64,000 bases of DNA from Actinomycetota bacterium (GTDB lineage: Bacteria; Actinomycetota; Acidimicrobiia; Acidimicrobiales; JAMCPD01). How positions within the stretch are numbered: position 1 is the first letter of the stretch; every line of letters starts with the position of its first letter. The DNA is taken from NCBI GenBank assembly GCA_023379935.1, contig JAMCPD010000020.1:3382-67381 (forward strand). Direction: 5' to 3'. The notes under the pieces are model-generated. The model saw nothing but the letters and a program-made list of their open reading frames with translations, did no database searches and was not told the origin of the DNA. This document shows positions 48,750 to 57,797 of the stretch, one piece after another. Both the position numbers and the translations under genes were made by a program.

Positions 48750-50963
48750 GATTTCGGCAAGCCCCGCAACTTCTACACTTAGGGTCTGTTTTGCACTGAG
48801 TGTACTAAGTGAAGAGTTGGCATTTGGCAGGTTTTCTCCGGTACAAAGCCCCGGTTGTGGGTACGTAGAGCAGCGAGTGTCAACTATACGGGCAGGGGTT
48901 AACGGGATATATGCAGATCCAGCATATGTAGTTGTACTGACAAGATGGGTATCGAAAAATGACAGGGTTGAGGGGAACTCTGTGGGGTAGTAAGCAAATG
49001 CATGAGCACAGAGGTTATTTATATCCATTTGCACCGTCAATATCTCAGAGTTTGCTCTTTGCTGAACCTCCTCAGCTTGGCGGGGTGGCACTATTTCACA
49101 AGTACCAACTCCTGTGAAATCAGACGATGCGGCAACTAAGATAGGGGGATCACTAGGCGATTGCGAAGGAGATGGATCGATGAATTGAGCGGGTGATGCC
49201 TCTTCAAATCGGTTAAGACAGATATTTGCTGTCAGATTCCATGTTTGACTCCAAGGGTCGCTGCAGCCAATATACTCGGCCCAGCTGGTATTTGCCAAGT
49301 TAAATCCACTGTTTTGCTGATACTCTCCAATAAGCTCGAACGTATCTGTTGTTCCAGACCAACTTGCCACCGCCTGTACGATGGCTGAGGGTTGTATAAA
49401 CGGCGCAGACAAAGCAGCAGAAAGTGCCAGATTCCCGCCGGCTGATCCACCCCAGAGACCGATTTCATTGGGGTTGATTTTATAGAGGTTTGCATTGGAG
49501 CGTACCCAACTGACAGCGTTCATAACGTCGTAAACTGGGTTTGGAAAGGTGGGCTGGGTTTGAGTGGCGAGTGGATAATCGACCGCGAATGCTGCGATAC
49601 CATGTTGGGCAAGGGCGATTGACTCGGTTGCCACATCGCACTTGTCGCCGCTGATATGACCACCGCCATGAACGACTACTACGGCCGGGATAGAGGCGGA
49701 TATTGTTTGTGGCAAATAAGCATCAAGGTAGAGAGGGCTGTTGAAGTCATTACCATATACTATATTCGGTGTATAAGTTACAGCCGATCCTGCCGGAGGC
49801 AAACATGTAGATGGCGGGGTTATGAGTGTAACTCCTGTTATTGGCGGAGGAAGTGGTGATGGTGGAGGAGCTGAGATTGGATTACCATCAAGTTGTTGCT
49901 CTAACCATGTCGTTGTATTTTCAAGCATGGTTCCGCTTCCCGGAGGAGATATAGGGTCGTTCGCATAGGCTAATGAATGAGCACACGCGCTTGTTGTCTG
50001 TACTGTAACTGCTACACCATGGGTTGTCAGAGCAGTTGCCATTTCAACAGTGTTCTGGGGATTGATTATTTCACACTGACCCGGAGAAGTTCCTGCATCT
50101 GTACTTGTAACGAGGAGGGATGGTGGGTCGCCTCTAGTGACATGGGTTATGGGTGATGAGCCAAGGAGATTTCCAAAACAGGGGCTGTCAGTCATGTTAC
50201 TGCAGCCAATGTACTCTTCCGCCGCTTGAGTAGCAGCCGGTTGTGCGGCAGCATCCGCATAATAAAAGGTGACCCAATCATAAGGACCCGACCATCCGGC
50301 TATAGCCTGTACCCGAGCCGGAGCATCTGAGAGCTGTGCTTCATATGCAGCATCAAAAGCTATGGGAGCACCGGCAGAAGTTCCCCACAATGCCAGCTTA
50401 TTTGCCATTACGCCTAAGCTTGATGCATAGGTTCGTACCCATTGTACCGAAAGCTGAGTATCGGCTGGAGCTTCGGTAAAGGTGGGCTGAGTTGTAGTAG
50501 CCAGCGGATAGTCAATTGAGAATACGGCCAAGCCATGCTGGGCCATGTATATTTGCTCTGTCCCGCCGTTACACTTGCTGCCTCCGATAAAGGCACCACC
50601 ATGGACATAGATGACAGCGGGAACAGGACCATTTGTACTTTGTGGTAAGTATGCATCAAGATAGAGATTTGTATTTAGATTTATATCATGTCCGTATAGC
50701 AGGTTGCCGTAGAAATTGACACCGGGACTAGAGGAAGGACAGCATGTTGGCGTGAGAGGTCCTGAATTACATGTACCGGCAGTTGGTAAGTTAGGTGCAG
50801 GACCTAAGAGTGGGGGACTGTCGGCTTGCAGATTAGCCCCGGTTGTACCGGTAGTAATCTCTGCCGAAGTGAACTTTCCAACCCCGATCCCCGCTATAGT
50901 TATCACACTCAACAACATCATCAGGATGAAACTTTTGATCATGGTGCTTTCAAATTTTCTCAT
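47667..50963 (-). CDS. Secreted protein with two tandem HGGG-type esterase domains and three C-terminal surface-protein repeat units
   Basis: Signal peptide; VHGGAF/GTSAG and VHGGGH/GGSAG; three ~120-aa units (P.R..DTR...AVV.N.TA...GY.TVWP...LN...N...V.VDV.G.Y). Confidence 0.85.
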   Translation of the reverse strand: MRKFESTMIKSFILMMLLSVITIAGIGVGKFTSAEITTGTTGANLQADSPPLLGPAPNLPTAGTCNSGPLTPTCCPSSSPGVNFYGNLLYGHDINLNTNLYLDAYLPQSTNGPVPAVIYVHGGAFIGGSKCNGGTEQIYMAQHGLAVFSIDYPLATTTQPTFTEAPADTQLSVQWVRTYASSLGVMANKLALWGTSAGAPIAFDAAYEAQLSDAPARVQAIAGWSGPYDWVTFYYADAAAQPAATQAAEEYIGCSNMTDSPCFGNLLGSSPITHVTRGDPPSLLVTSTDAGTSPGQCEIINPQNTVEMATALTTHGVAVTVQTTSACAHSLAYANDPISPPGSGTMLENTTTWLEQQLDGNPISAPPPSPLPPPITGVTLITPPSTCLPPAGSAVTYTPNIVYGNDFNSPLYLDAYLPQTISASIPAVVVVHGGGHISGDKCDVATESIALAQHGIAAFAVDYPLATQTQPTFPNPVYDVMNAVSWVRSNANLYKINPNEIGLWGGSAGGNLALSAALSAPFIQPSAIVQAVASWSGTTDTFELIGEYQQNSGFNLANTSWAEYIGCSDPWSQTWNLTANICLNRFEEASPAQFIDPSPSQSPSDPPILVAASSDFTGVGTCEIVPPRQAEEVQQRANSEILTVQMDINNLCAHAFAYYPTEFPSTLSFFDTHLVSTTTYAGSAYIPLTPARIVDTRCSTYPQPGLCTGENLPNANSSLSTLSAKQTLSVEVAGLAEIPTTASAVVLNITAIDPTASGYLTVWPAGEVKPTASSLNYTSGETVPNLSEVALGTTTSCTGCISIYSYASSDVVVDVEGYYGPPSGGATFSPITPYRICDTRVPKTSSILQNQCNINGASPIGAKQTLNVEVSGYNSPYLPSGQTPVPTTASAVVLNVTAIDPTTSGYLTVWPEGLSQPTASNLNFTSGETVPNAVVVPLSTGSSPGEISIYNFYGNTDVTVDVTGYFSASTTGVSFVGTAPYRACDTRDATMVGYATPCSGSPLVSSTPLTLSLAGIGPIPSNAKAVVVNVTAIDPTASGYITVWPKGLSQPTVSNLNFVAGEVIANSVTVALSASGDISIGLYQGSANLVVDVTGWYV

Positions 50964-51033
50964 GGTGTTTCCTCGTCTTCCTGGTGGACTACATTTGTTC
51001 TCTTCATATATTGGTTAACAATTTTTATGGCTA

Positions 51034-51120
51034 CTCAGATATCCTGTCTTTACAGTTAGAAGGAGTTTTCGCTCTTGAAATCTGATGACACTTAGAATAA
51101 AGTCATACAGGATATCTGAG
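51034..51120. mobile_element. 87-bp MITE-like element or long inverted repeat
   Basis: Perfect inverted repeats CTCAGATATCCTGT (51034-51047) and ACAGGATATCTGAG (51107-51120), flanked by TA on both sides. The empty site would read CTAG. Confidence 0.6.
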
Positions 51121-51142
51121 TAGTTGTGCCGTAGTTAGCCGT

Positions 51143-52048
51143 TTATGACTTGCGAATATCTTTTATGATCTCCCAGAAATCGTTGCGTACGGTATGCAGA
51201 TACCCAACACCACCCACGAGATTGTTTCTGGCTTGCACAAATATCGTCTTGTTGCCCGGGTATCCTTGTGGGGTTGCTTCAAGCACATTGTTTGTTGCGC
51301 TAGCTGTGTCAGAATCTGCTTGAGATAATGCCGAGTTTAGGTTCTGGAGGGTTGCTTCTGCTGAGCCAACGTTTAAACCTTGTTGTTGTGCAGTGGTGAT
51401 AGCAGCTTGGATTTCTGGAATAACTGCGGCTATCTGCAGCTCGACATAGCTTTCCCTGTCTTTAGCCATGGTCAGTTCCACTTGAGGTGACATTACCATA
51501 AAAACTCGGTAGTTTTCTATCATTGAGCGAGCATATACCTGAAGCTGATAACGATCAGTAGTTGCTTGCACTTCCCCCAGTAGTGTTTCCATGCCGGATG
51601 TCTCATTGCTCAAAAGATTATCCAAAGCGGACTTATCGGTGGTCGTAAGAGTTGCAGATGCATTTACCCTTGCAGTTAGTTTACTCAGTTGCAAAAGGCG
51701 AATGTTTATCTGTTGTTCGACTCTTTGTTGCAACTCCATACAAGGTGTAGTTGTCGACGAACCGCTTACACTTGAACTCTGCGGGACGACATTACTTGAA
51801 ACCGATGTACTACTCGTAGCAGCATTCGGCAATGTAGATGCAGTTACGCATGGGCCTAAATGGGGAACTCTGGGAACCCTTGGAGATAGCTGTGCGCCTG
51901 CCGCAGATGGGGTAAGTCCTATTATGGTTGCAATAACCAGCACCGACGATAATAAGACTACGTTTTTTTTAAATATAAAAGTTTTCATGATTGTTCTCCT
52001 TGTTCTTTTGACTCTTCCTGTTTTCATAGCTGTTTTCATAGTTATCAT
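51143..52048 (-). CDS. Secreted helical/coiled-coil hypothetical protein
   Basis: Basic N-region, hydrophobic core with AGA cleavage site, Ser/Thr linker, heptad-like helices. ATGA-coupled to the upstream lipoprotein. Confidence 0.75.
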   Translation of the reverse strand: MITMKTAMKTGRVKRTRRTIMKTFIFKKNVVLLSSVLVIATIIGLTPSAAGAQLSPRVPRVPHLGPCVTASTLPNAATSSTSVSSNVVPQSSSVSGSSTTTPCMELQQRVEQQINIRLLQLSKLTARVNASATLTTTDKSALDNLLSNETSGMETLLGEVQATTDRYQLQVYARSMIENYRVFMVMSPQVELTMAKDRESYVELQIAAVIPEIQAAITTAQQQGLNVGSAEATLQNLNSALSQADSDTASATNNVLEATPQGYPGNKTIFVQARNNLVGGVGYLHTVRNDFWEIIKDIRKS

Positions 52049-52365
52049 CCTTCCTTACCCGACATGTCGTTTGCAGCATTGTTCAAGTGCTGGGTTATCG
52101 AAGAAAGCTCAGAATCAATTTGAGCCAGCCCGATAGAATTGATTGGCAATGCCGATGGGGGAGTTGAAAAGCTGGATTTTGTTACAACTCCAGAACCTTG
52201 CCTACGAGAGGTTATGGTTTTTGCAACTGTGGTAACCGTAGAACTACCAGCTGATGCTTGTTTGGATACCCCGGCACAACCACTCAGCGTTGTTCCAACT
52301 ATCATTATGACTATAGGCAGCATAATCAAGAATGATTTTTTCATGTTCCTAAATTTTTTATTCAT
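52045..52365 (-). CDS. Small lipoprotein
   Basis: AAGGAG RBS, signal peptide with lipobox LSGC. Confidence 0.75.
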   Translation of the reverse strand: MNKKFRNMKKSFLIMLPIVIMIVGTTLSGCAGVSKQASAGSSTVTTVAKTITSRRQGSGVVTKSSFSTPPSALPINSIGLAQIDSELSSITQHLNNAANDMSGKEG

Positions 52366-52519
52366 TTTGTCTCCTTTTTAAATAAACTGCTGTTTTAGCA
52401 ACTGTAATTAATTATCGAGTAGGAAAGTTAACATATGATGATCAGTTTGTTAGGGTATTGTTAGCAGTTTTGTCTGCTACAAGCAATACAATTTACTGAG
52501 CAGTTATAGTTAGATAACG
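52346..52519 (-). promoter_or_regulatory. Promoter cassette copy 1 (OmpR-type direct-repeat boxes)
   Basis: Near-identical to 52923-53096 and, in its core, to 55411-55535; TGTTA-N6-TGTTA; GATAAT on the minus strand. Confidence 0.75.
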
Positions 52520-52695
52520 GTAACTACAGAGCTCAAAGAGAAACTAAAGCTAGATCTGACACGTAAATTTATCACCTTGGGCGAAATTAAAAAATTATCG
52601 GACAAACAAAAAAAGGTCCTTATCCACAATGACTTTTATCACAAAATAAAACCGTAAGATCCTTATGCCAACAGGCTAAAGGAGGAGTTTTATAA

Positions 52696-52899
52696 ATGTT
52701 AACTGCCAGAGTTAATATAGATGACAACATCGTGACATACCTGTACAACCTGGCAAAAAGGGAAAAGCGGGTGATGAACCTAAAAGGGGGGCGAACAGTT
52801 CATCATCCGCTTTCCAACGCCAACTTAATCGGTAGGTTGCCGGAACATTTCAACGATTGTCTACTGGCGCTCGAGGATCATCAAAAAATATCCTCCTAG
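52696..52899 (+). CDS. Short hypothetical ORF or gene remnant
   Basis: Strong AAGGAGGAG RBS before the ATG; no recognisable motif. Confidence 0.3.
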   Translation: MLTARVNIDDNIVTYLYNLAKREKRVMNLKGGRTVHHPLSNANLIGRLPEHFNDCLLALEDHQKISS

Positions 52900-52942
52900 A
52901 GCTCTTACGACGCCAGGCCCACTTCCTAAATTTTTTATTCAT
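52850..52942 (-). CDS. 30-aa cationic ORF behind the duplicated promoter/RBS (not in the ORF track)
   Basis: MNKKFRKWAWRRKSSRRIFFDDPRAPVDNR*. The RBS and first 6 codons are copied from the 52365 lipoprotein gene. Confidence 0.35.
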   Translation of the reverse strand: MNKKFRKWAWRRKSSRRIFFDDPRAPVDNR

Positions 52943-53096
52943 TTTGTCTCCTTTTTTAAATAAACTGCTGTTTTAGCAACTGTAATTAATTATCGAAGAA
53001 GAAAGTTAACATATGATGACCATTTTGTTAGGGTATTGTTAAAGCTTTGCCTGTTACAAGCAATAAAATTTACTGAGCAGTTGTAGTTGGGCAACG
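52923..53096 (-). promoter_or_regulatory. Promoter cassette copy 2
   Basis: Direct repeat of 52346-52519, including the RBS and start codon. Confidence 0.75.
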
Positions 53097-53102
53097 AAAG
53101 CT

Positions 53103-54134
53103 TCATGATTTGACATATTTTAAAGCGAAGTTAATCGAATCTTGCATTACGGTTTTGTTGACAGGTGCACTCGGAATTGATTCTTCCGGAGATTGATCCG
53201 TAAATTTATAAAAAGCGTAACCGCTGGCATGACGGTCGGTATCGGGAATTCTCAGCCAGTTAACAATCCCGTTTTGGGTGAGCGCACCTGCATAGTCAAT
53301 TGCATTCAGGGGGCTGATAAATTCACTGAGTCCGTTTGCTATGTACTGAGGTGCCATAGCCGAATTAATCCGGTGCATGGGGTCGCCAAATTTTTCGACG
53401 TCAGATCCCGGAGAAGCTCTCATATATCGGTCAAAAACAGAATTTGGGTAATTTCCTGCTTCACTTACATCAGGCAGCCCTGACCAACCTACAACTGCAC
53501 TGATAGGAACTCCGGCAATTTGGGTAGCACCAACCATATATGCGTTGTGAGCGCCCGACGATGCGCCAAAAATTACAACGCCTAATGTCGGATCGGCACC
53601 GTACTTTGCGGGATCGTTGCTCAAAAAATATCTGATTGCCGGTTTGATGTCAATCTGAACCGTTCCGTCGGCAATATTCTTCCATTTTCCCGCACCGGGA
53701 TAGCTAACGTTGCCATAAAGACCGTTTGCAAATCCGTGATATTCGATATTTACAGCCACAAAACCTTTTTTTGCCCAGTTGGCCATTATGCCGTTAAAGC
53801 CCAAATACTCAGGATAGCTGCTTCCCTGTGAACAGCCGGCAGACCCTTGAAACCCTGTACCGCCCATCCCAAACACTATCGGATGCAGTCCAGTTGTATC
53901 TGGAGAAATAACCGTATAGCTAAGAGCATCGGTCCCGCTACAGGTCTGTTGACTGTATCCATCGTGCTCATAAGTAACCTCCGGCCAAATGTGTACCGCT
54001 GAGGATATACCTGCTCCCGTAGTCGTTGTTGAGACAGAACTGCCGGTAGATTGGGTCGATTTTGTGCATGAGGAAAGAGATACACTGCAGTACACCAAAA
54101 TCATGACAATAGCAGCAATCTGTTTGAAGATCAT
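53103..54134 (-). CDS. Lipoprotein alpha/beta hydrolase (esterase-like)
   Basis: Start at ATG 54134, next to the upstream stop; lipobox LSSC, Thr/Ser linker, GF.AVNIEY, nucleophile GASSG, WSG, C-terminal RHA. Confidence 0.75.
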   Translation of the reverse strand: MIFKQIAAIVMILVYCSVSLSSCTKSTQSTGSSVSTTTTGAGISSAVHIWPEVTYEHDGYSQQTCSGTDALSYTVISPDTTGLHPIVFGMGGTGFQGSAGCSQGSSYPEYLGFNGIMANWAKKGFVAVNIEYHGFANGLYGNVSYPGAGKWKNIADGTVQIDIKPAIRYFLSNDPAKYGADPTLGVVIFGASSGAHNAYMVGATQIAGVPISAVVGWSGLPDVSEAGNYPNSVFDRYMRASPGSDVEKFGDPMHRINSAMAPQYIANGLSEFISPLNAIDYAGALTQNGIVNWLRIPDTDRHASGYAFYKFTDQSPEESIPSAPVNKTVMQDSINFALKYVKS

Positions 54135-54135
54135 C

Positions 54136-55356
54136 TCAGGTCCCTTGTGCGATGTTCCGGTATGCCTGGTATGAAGCCTTTGTTTCATAGTTTGAATATG
54201 CCAATCCTGCTCCGAATCCTTCAGAAAAAGTCTTATTGTATGAGGAATCTGGAGGCGGAGTTTGAGCAGTGTTTGGATCAATCATAAACGTCCAGTCGAT
54301 TCCGGTTACATTGGAGTCTTTAGCCAAAGCATTAAACGTATCGGTGAGGAAATCTGCCTGACCTACCTCGCCCCCCCTATACTTCCCCCCCAGTTCGATA
54401 CTGTAAACAGCTGAATTCTGAAGCGAAGGAGTTGAAGGGTATCCTACTTCGGTTACCCAAACAGGCAAATGACGGCCGCCGTCACAGCTTGTAACAGCCT
54501 TTTCGGAAGCATCAACTATCTGGGGCGAATAAATCGGTCCGTGATCTCCAACATGGATATCCAATATATCTATAGAATCGCACCACTGAGGATTGGAATA
54601 CAAAGACCGTGCAAATGCGCTCACCTCATTTTCATAGGGAGTGATCGGGCCTAAGCGTGACCGGATGGCTTCAAGCGAGAGCGGAACAGCTTCTGTTCCT
54701 CCGTTTAATATTTTGATGCCAGGGTCTGCCGTATGTGCTGTTTGAAAAACAACCTGTTGAAAATGGGCAAATGTCGCCGCGCTTCCGCCCACCCAGTTCT
54801 TATTAAAATTTTGAGGTTCATTACGCGTAATTATATACTGAAGGCCCTCTGACTTACAGTGGTTAACAAGTGCGGTTACATAATTTTTCACTGAGCTGCA
54901 TGAAGCAGTTGTACTGTTGCAGTCTATCGGAGGCGCACTGGTGTTCCCTCCCGTTGCATCCCACACAGGCTCATTTCCGAGTTCAAACAGTACAGTCAAT
55001 TTGTCTGCTTGCGCCAATGAAAATAATCTGTCGATTGCCGTCCAATTAAACATACCGTTTGACGGCTCAGTACCTGCCCAATTGCCTCCGATCCTTACTG
55101 CAGCTCCCCCGGCCTCCTCGATAAGCTTTAGGACTTTTGCCAGATTGGAAGCGCCGATATCGCTGTCAAACTGGTTAACGTCGATACCATAAACAGTTTG
55201 GAGCGGCGGATTTGGATTTGTGACCGTTGCTGGCGAGGTACTTGGTGAAGTGCCTGTTGTTGCATTGACAGTGACGTTAGGAGAGGTTGAACGCCCGCAT
55301 GCCGACATTGTTAACAGTAACGCTATGGATAAACAAAAAATTATATGCTTTCTCAT
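54136..55356 (-). CDS. Lipoprotein clan GH-A glycoside hydrolase (GH39/GH5-like)
   Basis: Lipobox MSAC; W...EP..G.FNW...D; acid/base NEP; nucleophile VWVTEVG. Confidence 0.78.
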   Translation of the reverse strand: MRKHIIFCLSIALLLTMSACGRSTSPNVTVNATTGTSPSTSPATVTNPNPPLQTVYGIDVNQFDSDIGASNLAKVLKLIEEAGGAAVRIGGNWAGTEPSNGMFNWTAIDRLFSLAQADKLTVLFELGNEPVWDATGGNTSAPPIDCNSTTASCSSVKNYVTALVNHCKSEGLQYIITRNEPQNFNKNWVGGSAATFAHFQQVVFQTAHTADPGIKILNGGTEAVPLSLEAIRSRLGPITPYENEVSAFARSLYSNPQWCDSIDILDIHVGDHGPIYSPQIVDASEKAVTSCDGGRHLPVWVTEVGYPSTPSLQNSAVYSIELGGKYRGGEVGQADFLTDTFNALAKDSNVTGIDWTFMIDPNTAQTPPPDSSYNKTFSEGFGAGLAYSNYETKASYQAYRNIAQGT

Positions 55357-55410
55357 AATTTCTAACTTAAATCAAATCCCTGAGTTTTAATACGAAGTGC
55401 AACACTTCTC

Positions 55411-55535
55411 GTTTTAGCAACTGTAATTAATTATTGAGGAGGGAAGTTAACATATGATGATCATTTTGTTAGGGTATTGTTAAAGTTTTGTCTGTTACAA
55501 GCAATACAATTTACTGACAGTTATAGTTGGGTAAT
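55411..55535. promoter_or_regulatory. Promoter cassette copy 3, in the divergent region between the GH gene and the response regulator
   Basis: TGTTA at 55467 and 55478 (11-bp period) and AGTTA at 55445 (22 bp earlier); homologous to copies 1 and 2. Confidence 0.75.
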
Positions 55536-55572
55536 AAAAGCTGCAATGAAGAACTAGGAATGTACCGATATC

Positions 55573-56262
55573 ATGACACCAAAAGCATCACCAAAATCAT
55601 TAGGGACTATTATTGTCGTGGAAGATGATCACAACATATCTGATTTAGTGGCAACTTATCTTAGAAATGAGGGTTACAGAGCTGTTCAGGTAGAAGAAGG
55701 GGAGAAAGTTTTACAAATTTTCGAACGTGAAACTCCGCGTCTTGTTGTCTTAGATATAGGTCTAAGTGGGACACTGGATGGCTTGGATGTTTGTCGCAAG
55801 TTGCGTTCAATTAATTCAACGCCAATTTTGATACTTACCGCACGCGACAGCGAACTTGATCGTATTATTGGTTTGGAACTTGGTGCAGACGATTATGTTA
55901 CCAAGCCATTTTCTCCCAGGGAGTTAGTTGCGCGCATCAAGGCTATTTTACGTCGTAGTGACCCAGATCTGCAAACTTCTATATTGGTATCGGGAGATAT
56001 AGTAGTAGATGTTACAAGGCACCAAGTTCGGGTAGCTGAAGAAGTAATAGATCTTGCTGCCCAGGAGTTTGATCTGCTAACCTATTTACTCCGACACAAA
56101 GGTGTAGTCCTTAGCAGACGTCAGATATTAGATGGAGCTTGGGAGTTTGGTTGGTTTGGTGATGAGCGTACTGTTGATGTTCATATTCGCCAGCTTCGTA
56201 AAAAACTAGGGGATGCACTTCTGATACATACTGTATGGGGAGTGGGATATAGGTTAGGATAA
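55573..56262 (+). CDS. OmpR/PhoB-family response regulator
   Basis: VEDD, VVLDI, LTAR, GADDYVTKPFS.RELVAR, winged-helix RTVDVHI..LR.KL, TVWGVGY. Confidence 0.97.
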   Translation: MTPKASPKSLGTIIVVEDDHNISDLVATYLRNEGYRAVQVEEGEKVLQIFERETPRLVVLDIGLSGTLDGLDVCRKLRSINSTPILILTARDSELDRIIGLELGADDYVTKPFSPRELVARIKAILRRSDPDLQTSILVSGDIVVDVTRHQVRVAEEVIDLAAQEFDLLTYLLRHKGVVLSRRQILDGAWEFGWFGDERTVDVHIRQLRKKLGDALLIHTVWGVGYRLG

Positions 56263-56265
56263 AAC

Positions 56266-57771
56266 TTGATCACTTCCGGTGCTCGCTCTTTACGTATGCA
56301 GCTTAGCCTATGGTCTATTGGAATCGCCTTTGTAGGTTTTATTTTAATCGGTTTTGTATCGATTTTTTTAGAACATAAGGCAGTAGTGGCTAATGAGCAG
56401 TCGGAACTACTTGCTCAGACTAAGACAGTTGCTTCAGATATGCATCTTATTCGCTCGCCATCAATACTTAAGCCTATAGCGCGAACCTTGAAGGTTACAG
56501 GATATTCCCTCATGTTCTATCGTTGGAATGGAACTATTATAGTTGGCGCACAGTCAACTCTTCCCGCTCCTTTAGTCCCCTCCGACATACCTCCACAGGC
56601 GGTTTTAGATGCAACCCCCATAAGCGCCACTGTAGGCAAGGTGATATTTGCTGCAGTTCCGGCACAGATCAGCTTGCATAATATCTTCTCTATTGCAATT
56701 ACCAAGTGCGCAGCTATTCCATCGGCTAAAGCTCGTCGCAATTGCCAAGTGGCGCTTAAGAAAAAATCCTCCTTTCTAAGTACGGTGGAAGGAGTAGTAG
56801 TTGTTTTTGCACGACAAGAAAGTGGTTTTGGCGACAGCATTATTTATTTTTTAGTTGCCTCATCCCTGGCGCTTATTGTTGTCATAGCACTGGTGCTGAC
56901 CTTTAGCAGACGGATTACCAGATATCTAACCAACGCAGCCCGCGTTACAGTACAAATAGCCAATGGTGATTTAACAGCCAGGGTTCCTCTGGAGGATAGC
57001 CGGTATTCAGAGATCGTTTCACTTGCTCACTCAATCAATATAATGGCTGACTCCCTCAGTAATGCCCAAGCGGCTCAACATAACTTTTTGCTTTCAATAT
57101 CTCATGACTTACGCACCCCACTGACCTCCATTCGCGGTTTCACAGAAGCAATTATTGACGGTGTTGTTGACGATGTTGTAAAAGCAGGAGAAGTAATACT
57201 GGATCAGGAGCAGCGCCTTGAGCGTTTAATTGGTGACTTACTTGATTTGACGAAACTGGATACCAATCAGTTTACCCTTGATATGAAGCCCATAAATATC
57301 TCTCAAGTTGTTTCAAATAGTGTTAGAGGATTTCAGCAAGCTTTTGACACAGAGGGTTTGAGATTGTCGCTTGGGATTGCGGATGAAAACCTTTGGGTTA
57401 ATGCCGACACTGATCGCCTCAGCCAGGTATTTTCGAATTTAATTGAAAATGCTTTTAAGTTTGCTCGTAACTATGTAGACATTCGGGTTGAGCGTAATCA
57501 AAGTGATGCAGTGGTATCTATTGAAGATGACGGCCCGGGAATACCCGCTAAAGATCTACCCTATATTTTTGAACGTTTGTATTCTTCATCATCAACTCCC
57601 GCCAGACAAATAGGGACTGGGCTTGGTTTGACGATAGTTTTAGAACTATTGAATGCAATGGGAGGGAGCATACGGGCAGTTTCTCCACCTGATGCCAATG
57701 GTTATGCCACCAGGGAAGGTGTCGCTAAGGGTGGTACTCTTATGGTAGTCAAGATGCCTTTGTTGGGTTGA
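56266..57771 (+). CDS. HAMP-domain sensor histidine kinase
   Basis: Two TM helices, HAMP, H-box SHDLRTPLT, N-box NLIENAFK, DDGPG, GTGLGL. Confidence 0.96.
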   Translation: MITSGARSLRMQLSLWSIGIAFVGFILIGFVSIFLEHKAVVANEQSELLAQTKTVASDMHLIRSPSILKPIARTLKVTGYSLMFYRWNGTIIVGAQSTLPAPLVPSDIPPQAVLDATPISATVGKVIFAAVPAQISLHNIFSIAITKCAAIPSAKARRNCQVALKKKSSFLSTVEGVVVVFARQESGFGDSIIYFLVASSLALIVVIALVLTFSRRITRYLTNAARVTVQIANGDLTARVPLEDSRYSEIVSLAHSINIMADSLSNAQAAQHNFLLSISHDLRTPLTSIRGFTEAIIDGVVDDVVKAGEVILDQEQRLERLIGDLLDLTKLDTNQFTLDMKPINISQVVSNSVRGFQQAFDTEGLRLSLGIADENLWVNADTDRLSQVFSNLIENAFKFARNYVDIRVERNQSDAVVSIEDDGPGIPAKDLPYIFERLYSSSSTPARQIGTGLGLTIVLELLNAMGGSIRAVSPPDANGYATREGVAKGGTLMVVKMPLLG

Positions 57772-57797
57772 GGCTACTTACAGGGTTTTTGTCTTTA

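Noticed and set aside
52620-52628. Perfect DnaA box TTATCCACA
   Set aside because: A single box with no cluster and no dnaA/dnaN context; compatible with chance.
52392-55535. Repeats starting GTTTTAGCAACTGTAATTAA resemble the start of type II CRISPR repeats, and a Cas9 relative (IscB) is in the window
   Set aside because: The homology runs ~125-175 bp, the copies are 578 and 2441 bp apart with whole genes between them, and there are no spacers or cas genes. Promoter duplication explains them better.
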